Shown here: positions 24,401 to 37,700 of the stretch, one piece after another
Position numbering within the stretch: the stretch's first letter is position 1
Layout: the number at the start of each line of letters is the position of its first letter
Assembly: GCF_001447785.1 (NCBI RefSeq)
Contig: NW_015163615.1
Location: 705,433-769,432, forward strand
DNA: 64,000 nucleotides
Direction of reading: 5' to 3'
From: Gekko japonicus
Lineage: Eukaryota
Translations under genes and position numbers: made by a program
The notes under the pieces: model-generated
What the model saw: only the letters and a program-made list of their open reading frames with translations
Told to the model about the DNA's origin: nothing
Databases searched by the model: none

Positions 24401-27259
24401 GTACTGTACAGGTAGGCTCCAGCCTGCAAAGCCCACCATCTTCCCACCATGGTGTCGGTGAAAGTCATAGAGAGGTGTTTGCTTCAGACTGTCCTATAGA
24501 GGAAGGAAATGAGTGCCATTGATCAGCAACCTACATGTGACCATCAGAGTCCAGCAAACTTGTCCAGCTACATCACAACCACTCCCAAACTGGCCCACCT
24601 CAGTCCTATTCGAGGAACACACAGAAAATAATTCCTCCCTTCCCCAAATTAGAGCTGTACTGACCACTCTCCGTGCAGCCCTTGGTTCCTCCTAGAGGCT
24701 TATAATGCTGATTTCTTGCTGTCCCAAAGAATTCGCACACCCACACAGGAAACTTTATGGTTCCCAGTTCACCAGCCCTTGAGAAAGGTAATCATGAGGA
24801 CCAAGGGGTGCGTGTCAGAAAGAAGTCACCCCCCAAAAGATTCAACTGGGCTAAAAAAAGGAGCAGGATGCAAATAGTGACTGCCTGCCAACAAGTTTTT
24901 GTACTCCTTTATGGCCTGAATTGATTCTGGGTATGATCTTGACACGTGGCTTTCCATCAGGCTTCCATTCTACTATCTTACATAACTAAAGCATTCTATC
25001 ATAATATGCAAAATGAAGCTCTAGAGTTCTTCAGCATACAGTGAATGAGCAAATGATGGAAAGGGCTATGCTAACTTTCTCCATACATGGGTTTGTTTTT
25101 TTAATTGTCAGGAATGTTATTTAAAAATGACCCATACATGTGCAGCCTCAAGTAATACAATCCAGAAGCCTATTTATCTTATTCCACCCAGATAAGGTGC
25201 AGCATAAGTATCTACCCATGCATCCACCTCTATCCTCAGAAAGATGCTGAAATAAGTTATAACCTTTTGGCATTACAGCATTTGAAGAGGGTGGAAGGAT
25301 GGCCACATCTGACCACCTCATATGTTTTATAATGAATTATACTAAAGACCAACCTTGGTATTATTTCATTAGAAAGAGTACTTTGGGGTCAGGGGGTAAA
25401 TCTTGTCTATCTGAATGCCTCTGACCTTTGTAATGAGGTTTGTTTGCTTACTGCTTTATCACAAGCCCAACGTCAAGAGGAAAAAGACTGTTCGCCCTTT
25501 GGACCCCCCCATAGGTATGCAAGTCTCCTCTGTGTCACTTTCTCACCCCGTTAAGATCTTAGCTATATGTTTATGGCTGAAAGTTGTCATGATTATCTCC
25601 AGATAAATCCCATTTTCAGTTTTCCTCAGTGTAGTAGGTAATGACAACTACCTGTGCTTAAAAGTATTTCTTACAGCAGCACCATTCATGGTTAAAAAAA
25701 ATAATAACTGGAGAGCAGTTGGTATTTGAAAGAATGGACAGTGTAGATCTATACTTCCACAAGACAGACCACCAGCCATGTGAAGTGACCTATCTCTGTG
25801 CTCATCCCTAATATTCTCTGACAACAGCAGTGGGAAATAGCAATTTTATAACTACTGACTAATAGGGATAGTTTGGATGTTTCTATTGCAGGCTACCAGC
25901 TGTCCTTCCTAGTTGGGCCCATACTTGAAAGGCTTCTCTTTGTTCACAGTGGTATTTTCTTCAGTTGCACCCTATAAATATTTTGTTCAGCCATGCTATA
26001 GATTCTGCATCACTGAACAAAATATTTCTTAATAGAACATACCCCTTGGGCAGATGTAAATAGCTACTCCCTCCAATATTGTAAGGCTAAGAGAACAATG
26101 GCTTTCCCTGTTGTGGCCTGATTCACACATTATATATCCTGCATGTATGTATGCCTGTTTGTAAGAAAGAGACGTGTTCAAATGAACCAGAGACCAGTAC
26201 CTGGATAAATGTGGGGTTTAAATCAGGTTTAGCTGTACCTGAATAGGATTACTCAATGGACCTATTAAAAAAATCAAGTGTACACCGTATACAGATTGTA
26301 CATGTGTTCACTGTAACTTGTAAACAGGCTACAAGTAAGGAGTGGGATTGTTTGATTCTTGGAGTTTGCAGCGTTTTTACCATCAGGGAAAGACTCCTTG
26401 GTCAGATATCTAATTCCCAGTTCAAAAGACATCAGCATTCTCAGCAACATCTCAGGAAACTCGCACAAAACAGCAGTCAGTTTCTGAGAAGTTGGGAGTT
26501 CTTTTCCCTGCAGGGGAAGTTGCCAGGGCCGGTTGCAGTTTGTCAGTGTGAAAGAAAAATCAAGGTAGGTAGCTGTGTTAGTCTGTCTGTAGCAGTAGAA
26601 AAGAGTAAGAGCCCAGTAACACTTTAAAGACTAACAAAACTTGTGGTGGGGTATGAGCTTTAGTGAGCCACTGCTCGTGACTCGCGAAAGCTCATACCAT
26701 AAATTTTGTTAGTCTTTAAGATGCTACAAGACTCTCTTCTAGTGTGAAAGCAAAGCTCTCTGTCCAGGAGCGCCTTCCCGTTTTCAATTATCCAGTGATT
26801 CAACTGGACTTCCTAATGGCTAAAAGATCACCCAAATTAAAATTCAGCCGTGGCCAAGAACATATTTATTTATATTTAAAACATGTGAATTTATAGTCCC
26901 TTCGAAGTTTTCTCAGCCGAAATTCCCCTTTTATCTCCAGCACAAAGGATTGACCGCTTCGTGCCCTGCTGTAGACACAGGACCATTCCGCTACCGCTGC
27001 TTTAGGCATGTTTATTTTAAACAAACAAACCTCCTTTTATTCAGCGGTGCTTACGCCCTGCCAAGTGTTCTTAGGCTTGTAGCCTAACGCGCCTCTTTGT
27101 CCCAGAAGCAAGCAGCAACCCTGCACAAGATTCCTCTCTCCCCCAAGGGGTGTGTGTGTCCCTGCTCACCTGCCCAGCAGCGTAGCCCCGCTTCGCACAT
27201 AGGGTAGGCTCACCGAACCCCAAACGCGGAGACACAAGCCGCACCGCAGCCCGCAGCAT
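18404..27259 (-). CDS. AMT: Aminomethyltransferase, mitochondrial (glycine cleavage system T protein), 403 aa
   Basis: Nine exons: 27170-27259, 24326-24493, 22795-22875, 21342-21473, 21062-21140, 20172-20317, 19693-19873, 19089-19244, 18404-18582 (1212 nt). Motifs [64 protein letters not shown]. Arg-rich N-terminal presequence. Confidence 0.97.
20491..20696. mobile_element. hAT-like MITE
   Basis: TIRs CAGTGTTCCCTCTAAGCTG / CAGCTTAGAGGGAACATTG; 8-bp TSD GCCTAAGT/GTCTAAGT. Confidence 0.8.
23276..23592. repeat. Cluster of adjacent local tandem duplications in AMT intron 2
   Basis: GATCTCTCAAGA x3; a ~70-bp unit (..gaaggcatcatcatc..ggctaatgatacaaatatgaactgatttcca) x2; a second unit (gcgaaggagttcatgcagcagg..gggaaatgtactctttcacagcagaagcagtactgag) x2. 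Confidence 0.85.
26565..26740. mobile_element. Palindromic Penelope-derived repeat with partially deleted hammerhead core
   Basis: Inverted arms aaagactaacaaaa..gtatgagcttt / gaaagctcatacc..ttttgttagtcttt. Confidence 0.6.
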
Positions 27260-27364
27260 TTTCCTAGCCACCAAGCGCCCCTACGACATAGCTGGACAAC
27301 ACTTTACTATCTTTTCTCCCTCCCAGCCAGACACTGCCCCCTGAGCTCGATCACCCGGAGGAGT

Positions 27365-27380
27365 CTGGGAACTGTAGTCC
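27365..27380 (-). promoter_or_regulatory. ACTACAnnTCCCAG motif (ZNF143/THAP11 type) in the AMT promoter
   Basis: Minus strand GGACTACAGTTCCCAG about 106 bp upstream of the AMT ATG. Confidence 0.6.
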
Positions 27381-28817
27381 CGGCCCCGGCCACCGATCAA
27401 AGTGCTCTCTCACCCTGCACGAACGAGGAGGCACCCACACACTTCTAAAGAGTAACCACGCAGTTGTTGCAGCCGCAAGGGTGTAGACTTTCCAATTTCC
27501 GGGGGGGGGGGGGGCTAGGGCTGGGCCAGAGGCATTGCTTTGCTAGGAGCAAGGGTGGCTCCCGGGGGAGGCTGAGCACCTTCCTGAAAATTACGAAGAT
27601 TAAGCCTATTCATGTGGTCGGGTCCAGAGACCATCCCCATGAGAGCTGAAAAAAGACAAATTACACCCCGCCAGACCGTGTTGTCACTCGAAGAACGGAT
27701 GAAACTGCTTTTATTTAGACTATTTTATTTAGTATTGGTCCGTCTAGATCATTGTGTCAGCATTCCTGAGATCCTTTTAACTAGAAATGCCAGCGACCCA
27801 GCTGTTCTTTTAAGATGTGCTCTGCTACTGAGCTGTGACTTCGTTCAACAGACTCCAGGCAAGACCAGGCAGAAGAATCTTAAATACCATTAAAAGCACA
27901 AGAGAACAGGAAAGACTTTGCCAGGTGTTAACAGAGGTGCAACTGGATGAAGATGCCCAGTGCAATAGCCTGTGCACTTCCACAGAAGAGGTCCTCTCTC
28001 TGGGAGAAACCCACTTTGCCTCCATAGTTCACACACAGTGAAGGATCTGAGTTGTTCTTAACTGCTAGGCAGGTTCAAGAGCTAAAAGATGAACCTGGAG
28101 GAGCACCAGTCCCAGGACATTTGGTGTTAAAAGGTTCGATTTCAACTGAGCCTAGGAACATCGGAACATGAAGACTGGTCAAGACTGGGTAGGTAGGCTT
28201 GTGGTTCTCACTACCAAGTAACCCCCACTTTCTCTGTTGCTAAATGATAGAGGAGGGAGGTAGAGACCACACTCCTTACCTTAGAAGGCCCCAGTTGAAT
28301 AAGGAAACATGAACAATTTATGCTACATTGCTCTGTTGAAACTTTATGCCTGCTGGCTTAGAAGCCCTTAATTTCAATGCACAAGGTCCTCAATTTGTTA
28401 TCTGCAGTACCTGATATCCTACATAGAGCTTCTAGTTTCTTATTCAGTACAGCCAAAGCTGTTTTGCTCCACTAAAGCTAGTATTACTCTGAAATTTCAG
28501 TAAGCATTACCTGCATGCTGTTTTCAGATTTTTTCCATCTTTTTGAGCCAAAATGAACAGAACTATGTATTTTTAAAAGGAAAGGTTCTCCGGATGCTAG
28601 AGTATGTTGCAAACTGCTTTCCACAGATGCAACTGACTGCAGAACAACCACCAGCCTGCTCATTACAATACAATATTTGAATTGTTTAAGGCATCAGGAA
28701 TGAGTCACTACCTGAAGCAACTAAAATATTTGCATCAGTAAGTTTATACTACATAATGTAGAGAACGTGTTTCTTTTGCTGGAACTTTGAAAGTGAACTT
28801 CAAAAGCCTTGTACACT

Positions 28818-29096
28818 TGTTGTTGTTCAGTCACACAGTCGAGTCCGACTCTTCGCGACCCCATGGACCAGATCACGCCAGGCCCTCCTGTCTTCCGCCG
28901 TCCTCTGAAGTTGGCTCAGTTTCATGTTCGTTGCGTCGATGACACTGTCTAACCATCTCTTCTTTTGCCGTCCCCGTCTTCTTTGACCTTCAATCTTTCC
29001 CAGCATCAGGGTCTTCTCCATTGAGTGCTCCCTTCTCATTTGGTGGCCAAAGTATTTGAGCTTCAGTTTCATTATCTGGCCTTCCAGGGAACAGTT
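28818..29096 (-). mobile_element. RTE-BovB LINE, 5'-truncated 3' end
   Basis: Encodes LKLKYFGHQMRREHSMEKTLMLGKIEGQRRRGRQKKRWLDSV..WRDLVHGVAKSRTRL, the BovB C-terminus, with a (CAA)n tail. Confidence 0.9.
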
Positions 29097-31786
29097 ATAC
29101 TTACAGCAACACAAACTAGGGCTATACAGGTCACAAATTCATTCTGAAATGTGGCAAATTTCAGACAGGAACAGATCAAGTACAGCCATTTGGCCCATGT
29201 ATTTTACGGTCTATAACCAGGCTGTAGAATACTGTGGTAAAATGCCAGCATGGTTACAGCAGTTAGCACATCACACTAGGATCTAGGGAAGCATTCATAG
29301 CGTGCTTGGCAGGAAGATGGCCCTCATCATTACTTGAGCATACACAATAAACACAGAGACAATTTCCATATATCATGAGGACAAGCCTCACTTAAATTTC
29401 ATATTCTGTTTCAGGCTGCCACTTAAAAACTAATTTCAAAAACCTGGATAGATTCCATCCTAATGAACCTTTTACATCAGAAGAATCTTCATAAAATCAA
29501 TATGTAAATAATGGAGTATATATTGCAGCATCAGCTTGGAAGACAACAGCAAGGAGAGCACTTTATAGGGAGTATGGCTAATTTGATCAAAAGCCCCAGA
29601 GGATACTACAACCAATTAGAGGCCTTTGAAATATTTACTCTTCACATAGCCAGGGACTATGAAATAACAGAAAGTAGCACTAGAAGTAAGGCTTTGAATC
29701 TAGAATTATGAAGGGTCAGTTCTTACGTGGAACATTACAACACATCATATGGATTCAGGGAGAAGAAGAAATCAAACTCTGTACAGAAGAGGCAGCAACC
29801 AAAAGCAAAGTGGACTGGATAACTGGAAGAGATATTGATATTCTTCCTTCTTCTGCAGATGTTCTCCAGAATGGGCTATTGGCTGTCAGCACCTTCATCT
29901 TGATTACACTCTGCACCCTCCATTTTGAATTCTCCTTATTTGCATTTAGTTACCTCAACGAATCAAGAGCTTGACAATACATTTGTGACCCCATTCACAA
30001 TGGACAAGCAGCACATGGAAAAGCCTACCCCTGCCATGTAGCCTGGAAGTCTTCTCTTCTGGCTCGTGATAGATTTTATAAGTCAACCTAAACAAGGCTT
30101 CACTAATGGCACAGGCAGAACTACTGTTTTGCAGAGTGTTTATTCCCTCTTCTTCCCCCAATAAACACAATACAAGGCGGTGAAGCCATTTGAACTAGAT
30201 CAACATCTATTGAGAAAGATTTGGTAACCAAATCTGGTTCAGTGCAATGGGATAAAGGCCACCAGGCCCCCTTCCAACTATAAATAACATAAGTAGTTCA
30301 CAATAAATAAGAAGGGAGTTATCTAGAGGTACAGGAAACATTACAAAGGCTGCTCCCAACAACAGACACCAAATTTCATCTATACATCCAACACCAACAA
30401 TTCATGTCATTCTACACCCTCCTCTGTCTGATGGCTACCAATCATGCATGTACTGCTAGAAGTACCCTAACCACAAGGAAGACATATGTGCAGAAGCCAT
30501 GTGGCTTTAGGCCATTCAGATACATAAATATCACACAGTGTGCCCCAAAGGTGAGGTGCTTAGGTATTCTTTGTAACTATCACTTCATAACAGCCTCCTC
30601 AGGGTGTAATTTCAAACTCACTTTGCAAATGGGGAATTAAGATGGAAAACGATTTCCCAAAAGGCAGCCAAGTCTGTTCTTGGTATACCACGAATGTCAT
30701 TTGTTCTCTCAAGTGCTCCATCAGCAACCCCTGAGGGCAGGAAGTGGCAATTAACAGCTACAGCTATGCAAGAGTAAACTGAAGAGCAGAGACAGAAACA
30801 AACAAGAAAATATCTAGGAATGCATAGATGACAGCAAGTAAGGAGAGGTGCAACTGTGTTTTCTAGAAGGTAAACCCACTGCACAGCTGAGCTTAAGCTT
30901 TCCAGTATAATGCAATCTTTGTACCCTGAAGCCTCTAAGCACGGTGCCTGCTGAATGTGGCAGGGTACTTCAGCAATCAACTGAAACCACGTACTGCTAG
31001 TTTTATTATGCACAGCACAGAGCTACATCATGAGTGCAGATTACTTCCTTCTGGGCACATCATGTTCACTGCCTTGTAGGCACAGCCAGCTCCAGCGTGG
31101 TGTCAGGGATAGCCCTGCATAATCACCAAGGGAGCTATTCACATTCCTCCAGAGAGGAAAACAGACTTGTAAAGAGGCGGCCTCTTGAAAACTTATCCAC
31201 ATATCCTTTTCTTTTCCTACTCAGGCATTAAAAAAAAACACCCCAAAACCTACATAGCTTCTTGTGAGGTAGCCACATCTGTAACTGAACTCTGCTTTCA
31301 AATTCCATAACCTGCTGTTGGGGACAGAGCACCCTCTGACTGGCCATTTCCAAACATCTCAGGCCATCCTCATGCCAGAGACAGATTCTGAATGAAAAAG
31401 AATGCTTCCCTTTGCTCTCAGTGGGGAACATGCAGCAGAGAATAGAGCTTGGAAAAGAAGATTAGGAGACTGAACAAATTCCCAAATTCAACACCTGCAG
31501 TTTGGGGAAGAGGAACCCAACTTTCCGAGTGCCAGTGCAAAATGCAGAGTTATGAGAATGTTCTCCACACAGGACTCAGGGGTGTGTGGGATGGGGAGAA
31601 AGGACAGAACAGAACCCATTTTGAAGAACGGCCTAGAAAGGCCACCCCAAAACAGCAGGGAGGAGAAGGGTCAGGACATGAAGGCAGCAGACTTGGTCCA
31701 TTTCTTCCTGCCTCAAGCCAATTCAATAAGGCAGGGATGGGATCTAGTGAATCCAGCTCGAGAACCTTGTCAGCTTTCAACCCAGC

Positions 31787-34700
31787 TCAAGTGTAGGAAA
31801 GCAGGTTGAGATCATAGCAGCCATCCACCTAAAACAGACACAAACAATTATTTTTCGTAAAAGCACAGCAAGCTGAGGGGGGGGATTGCCCCCCATTGGT
31901 TCAATTTAGATGTAAAGGGAAACCACAATTTGGCACTATGTGAATGAATCCAAGGTCATCCTTATGCTCATGTAATGACCCTGTGTGTGGCCAGCTAATA
32001 AATTATTTCTAGTTTTGCTGCAAAGCAGTTTGCAATCACATCTAAACTGACCTTCCCTGAAAACCCAGATTCCAAACACTGGAGTCTCATACTTGCATGC
32101 TGGGACTTAATCCATATTACACCTGAACTGAGCCACTACTCCTGTCCTCCTAACCACTATATTTGGAGATACACAGTGGGTTAATAAATGTAGTACTGGG
32201 CCAAGACGAGCTGGCTTCTAATTTCCACCCAGCCCTGAAGGTTGGCCTTGAATTAGTTGCTTTCTCCCAGCTAATCTCCTTTGAGTTAATAGGAAGATAT
32301 CATGCAACGCATCCCAAGATCCTTGGAAGAATGAATGCAAATACAATAAATCTTAAAAGAAGTTCCACTAACTGGAGACTCCCTTCATCTAGGGTGTTCC
32401 CTCATCAGGGCACCAGACTATTTACTGCTGAAAACAGGATGATGAACTAGAGAGGACTTTTGGTCTGATCCAGGAGAGTTGATCTTCATAGAGAGGCCCT
32501 ACGAGCATCTATTTCTTTCAATGAAGCCTAGGCATACAGCTAAAAGGACCTGTGAATTGGAAGGGACACCACTTTTAACCACACTTTCAGTGTTTGGATT
32601 CTGACTGGAGTGCAATGAAGGGACCCCTTGCCACCAAGTACTGAGCATAAGCAAGCGATAACTAACATCAAAACGTCCAATCTCTGCTGCTGGCTGGCTG
32701 GCTTGGAGCATCTCCGTTAGAACCCACATTTGCTGCACTTCAGAAGACACTTTGTCAGCATCAGGGAGTCCCTGAAAGCAAAGAACAGTTCTTCAGATCA
32801 GTAGCTTCTCCCTTGCTTTTGTTGATCCAACACCACATCCAATAGATGGAGGGGGTAGCAGTATGACAATAATAATTACAATAGAATTACTGCAAAACGT
32901 GCAAATATTATAGAATCCAATATAACATGCAGTCAAAATGTAATCAGTCCATTGTTTTAATCTCTTTTCAACAGTGAAGACGTCAAAGATGAAAAGTGAA
33001 GACGTCAATGAAGAAAGAATGGATGAACTTCCCCGGAGTTACCACTTGTTTCGAATTTTCTTTTTCATACATAAGATCTCCTATACATTCATATCTAACA
33101 ACTGACCTGTTTTCTTACATGAACTGTTCTTACATGAACTGTTTGTATATACCAATTATCCTTTGATGGTCGGTTGTTAGATATGTAGTTAAATGCACAG
33201 TATGTTGGCAACATCGTTACAAGAGACACCTCAGTAGTAATATAAGGTTTGGAACGAAATACAATGGCTAAGGCTGATCAGCCCGGGTTAGATATATTGG
33301 CTAAGAGCCTGATGTGAGTTACTTTTGAAGTATTTAGGGTAAGAATTCATTTTTATCTATGTGTTATGCAAAATTTGAATAAAACAACAAGTAATGAATG
33401 TAATATTATTTTTATTTATAGAACTAGAAAGAGTCCAATTTGGAAACCTTGTGATTATGTGGATGCAGAGCTGTATGTATGCTTGGAAATTTATTGTCAT
33501 AATGTATTGTGGCTGGGATGACTTCCTGTTTTGAGTAATGGATATGTTTCTTGATAGGAGATCTTATGTATGAAAAAGAAAATTCGAAACGAGTGGTAAC
33601 TCCGGGGAAGTTCATCCATTCTTTCTTCATTGACGTCTTCACTTTTCATCTTTGACGCCAACACCACATCCACCTGGAAGCTACTCCCCACCAAGAGCTG
33701 AACATACACCAACCCCAGACAAATGGTATCTAAGGTGTCATGCTTCTGATTAGCCATACACAGCACCTTGTTCTCACTCATTTTCTGCCCTTCCCTACTG
33801 TGCTGGCTAAAGGAGAGGAAGGGAGACTAATCTGCCATTGCACCCCCACCCTACTATACAGTAATATGTCCAACAGCCCTTCCAAAACAAGTTGAAGCAA
33901 GAGATATTAAAAGGAAATAAACAGTTGATTGCTCAGAATAGCGCTCAATGAAACTGCTGAGCAGTCGGGTTAGATCAAATAAAAGGAAGTACTTCTTCAC
34001 CCAAAGGGTGATTAACATATGGAATTCACTGCCACAGGAGGTGGTGGCGGCTTCAAGCATGGACGGATTCAAGAGGGAATTGGATAAACAAATGGAGCAG
34101 AGGTCCATCAGTGGCTATTAGCCACGTGGTATAGATAGGAATTCTCAGTCTGGGGCAAGGGATGCACTGTATTCTTGGTGCTTTGAGGGGGGGCAACAGT
34201 GGGAGGGCTTCTCGTGTCCTGGCCCCACTGATGGACCTCCTGATGGCACCTGGTATTTTTGGCCACTGTGTGACAGAGTGTTGGACTGGATGGTCTGATC
34301 CGACACTGGCTTGTCTTGTGTTCTAAACCCCAGATGCTCCACGGGCAATGTGAGGATGGCATGTCTGGGTGGGGCAGAGCTGATGGCATCAGGGTTTGCA
34401 GATACGAGAAACCAGAGAAAAGGAGTCAACTTCTCCATCCAAGACTAGGACCGGCCTGAAATGCACTGGCTGCCCCAGTTTCCCATTAGCAATCCCAAAT
34501 GGTAGGCAGGGACCCAAATTCCTGAGGGATTAGTGGGGTATATCCTTGTGGTGGCAGGCCCTGGTCTCAGTGACAGTACTCACATCATGCAGGCTGGCCG
34601 GCCGTTCCTGAGATGGGCATGAAAGCCAGGCTGGAAAGCCTTTCTGTGGACTCTAGAAGACAAAACAGCCCCAGATTCAGGTTGACGCAAGGCTTGCACT

Positions 34701-37700
34701 TGCACACTTGTGAGTACACAAACACACATACACAGCCCAGCATGCTAAGCCACCTCCCCCAGTTTAGTATTTCACTCTGTCTCTCAGAACAGGCTACGCA
34801 CAGAAAGGCAAAAGGTCATGAGGGACCTCTATAAATATTTGCCTCAACTGTTCCCAAGGAGATATCGAATTTATTTTTAGATGCACATTCCAGAAACAAC
34901 CTAGTATCTCATACAATTTGCTGGACAGAGGTCTTTGGGCATGGGGAGGGGGAAGGATATTGGCTTCAGAAAAGGACAGCTGCATCTCAAAGAAAGCTCA
35001 GGCCAAGCAGTTGAATAAGTAACATTCAAGTATCAGTAATGGCTTGAGCTGAAAGGTGCAGTGTAGGCAGTCATGACGACTTAACCCCACAGAAGCAGAA
35101 TAATATCAGAACAGGCATGGCACCTTTGAATCAGTGGAAAATATTTAGGTATAGCGTCCTCTCAAATTTAGAATGAGGGTAAATTCAAGTGACAGAGCCT
35201 AAAAGCAGCTAATCATGCAAAAAGAACCAGTGTGTTTTAGTGGTTAGTGTTGGATCTGGGAGATCCTTCAAAATGTCACTCTATTATGGAAGCCTGAGAG
35301 ACCTCGGGCCAGTCACGCACGCTCAACCCAACCTACCTCACAGGATGTGGTGAGGATAATATGGAGGACAGGAGAACAATCTAAGCTCTTTTGGGTTCCC
35401 AGTGGAACAACCAAGCAAGATTCTGGACCTCCTTCTAATGAAGTCTTCCCCTGACCCCGTAACTCAGTAAGCCATCCTAAGACCCAACAAGGATGAAAAT
35501 AATGGCTATGTAAGGGAAAGGTGCCTTGACAAGGGGCTGCGCATGCACCTTCTGATTCCCAGGGAAGAGTTGTAGCTCCTCGATGCTGAAATGCAGCCAC
35601 ACTGGAGAAGGCTGACGTAGGATCAGACGTATGGCAGCCACCCGGTCCATATCACAAAGCATCTAGCAAAACAGCAAGGGAAGCATAAGTGAATGCAACT
35701 GCAGGAGGAAGTAGATGGTAACAGAGCTGAAGCACTTGTTGATCACAGAAGGTGGAAAGGTACAGAAGTTACTGTGTTACAGCTATAAAAGTGGGGTGCA
35801 CTAGTTAACTTTTGATGGAGCTGGTACAGTTCACTAGGATAGGATAGGCAGATGATTACTGCAGTGCTGGCGTCAATAAATTATGGGTGCAAAGGCTCTG
35901 TTCCTTTTAGAGACAGGGCTGGAAACCTTTTCACAAGGGAGCTCCTTTTACCTACAGAACTGTGTTTCTAATAAATTCTTCCTTGAAGAGCACGCTAAAT
36001 TGTCATTCACAATCCCAGAGGGCTAGCATTACCCAAGTAACTACACAGTCTACCACTCACAGCACTACTAAGAAAAAACTCAGGATACGAAAAATATAAA
36101 AAGATTCCAAATGGGCAACACCATCAAAAGTTCTAAGAATAAAGGCCAAGTTGTGGTTCAGAAAAACAGAATTGTTCAATACATGGACACTGAAGGTTTG
36201 GTCAACTCTTGGCTCAACCACAGACTTGCTGGGCAGACTCTGACAAAATTTTTTAAGGCATTTAGACACCTCATTTTTCTTCCAATACTGTCAGGACTCA
36301 GGGCAGGTAACAGCAGATATTATACAACAATACACATCAGAGACCACACCTATAGTCTTAAAGCTGCCCCAGAAGCTCTCTTAAATAGCTGTTTTACAAG
36401 CTTGCTGGATAGTACCTGCCTTACTCCTTCTGAGAAGCGATAGTACAGTGGCAGTGCAGAAACAGAAAAGGCCCTGGCCATAACAGATCATGACCTTGCA
36501 AGACAAGGCACTAGTAGGAGATCCTGTTGCAAGGAACACAACTGCCACATAGGTTCCCATCAGGGAGTAACAGTCCTTCAGTAACCATGTTGCCAGCTCT
36601 CCACTTCAGCTTGCCCATTTCCTCAGTTAAAGGAACTATAATGACCTACCTCAAAGAGAGGCTTGCAAGGGTAGAAACAGATCCCTTGCACAGTAACAAT
36701 GCTACATAAATGAACATTCATTTTAAAAAAGTGCACACCCATCATAACTGTTCGACTTGCTCAATTTATCTACCAGTAAGCCAACTCCAAGGCAAGACGG
36801 TGAGGAGTAACAAAGCTCACCGAAATGTCAAGAGTATAAAATGGAGTTTGGCTATCTTTCCCAACATTAATAATTTGCTTTTTATAAGTGGTTATCTGCA
36901 CAAAGAAGAGAAGATGAAGAAGAGATTGGATTTATACCCCGTCCTTCACTTGGAGTCTCAGAGCGGCTTACAAACTCCTCTCCCTTCCCCTCCCCACAAC
37001 AGACACCCTGTGAGGTGGGTGGGGCTGAGAGAACTCTGACACAAACTGCTCTTTTTCAAGGACAGCTGTGCCAGAGCTTGCGACTGACCCAAGGTCACAT
37101 CAGCAGGTGCAAGTGGAGGAGTGGGGAATCAAACCCGGTTCTCCCAGATTAGAGTCCGCACACTTAACCACTACACCAAACTGGCTTTCTGCATTTCCCT
37201 AGAGAATGAACTCTCACTGGCTGCAACCCCTAAGGAGCCAAACAGCAGCCTGAGTACAACCAAAACGGGGAGAAAAACACAACCCTGCACAAGAAAGGTA
37301 ATCAAAATGTTAAAAAAAGAAGACAGTAAAATATAACTATGCACGTGGTGCAAATATACAGAATATAATATAACATTTAAAAATACAATCACGAGTGCTA
37401 AAATATAATTTAAAAACAGCAACCCTATGGTTAAGCATATAAGCACCTAATCCCAATATAAAGAGAGGTGTCCACTCATACAAATACAGGTTAGGTACAT
37501 AATGTCTCCATATGCAAAAACTAATACCAAGCATGTTTCAGCAATAAGCCTTCCTCAGTGGTATAATTCAAACTGAGCACTCTATTAATTTAACAAAGTT
37601 ATACATAAAACTGATCATACACAGAATGGACCTTTCACACTGAGATGTTCATACGTGGAGTAAGGGGTGTCAAATATTCTTGAGATACAACATGGGCAAC

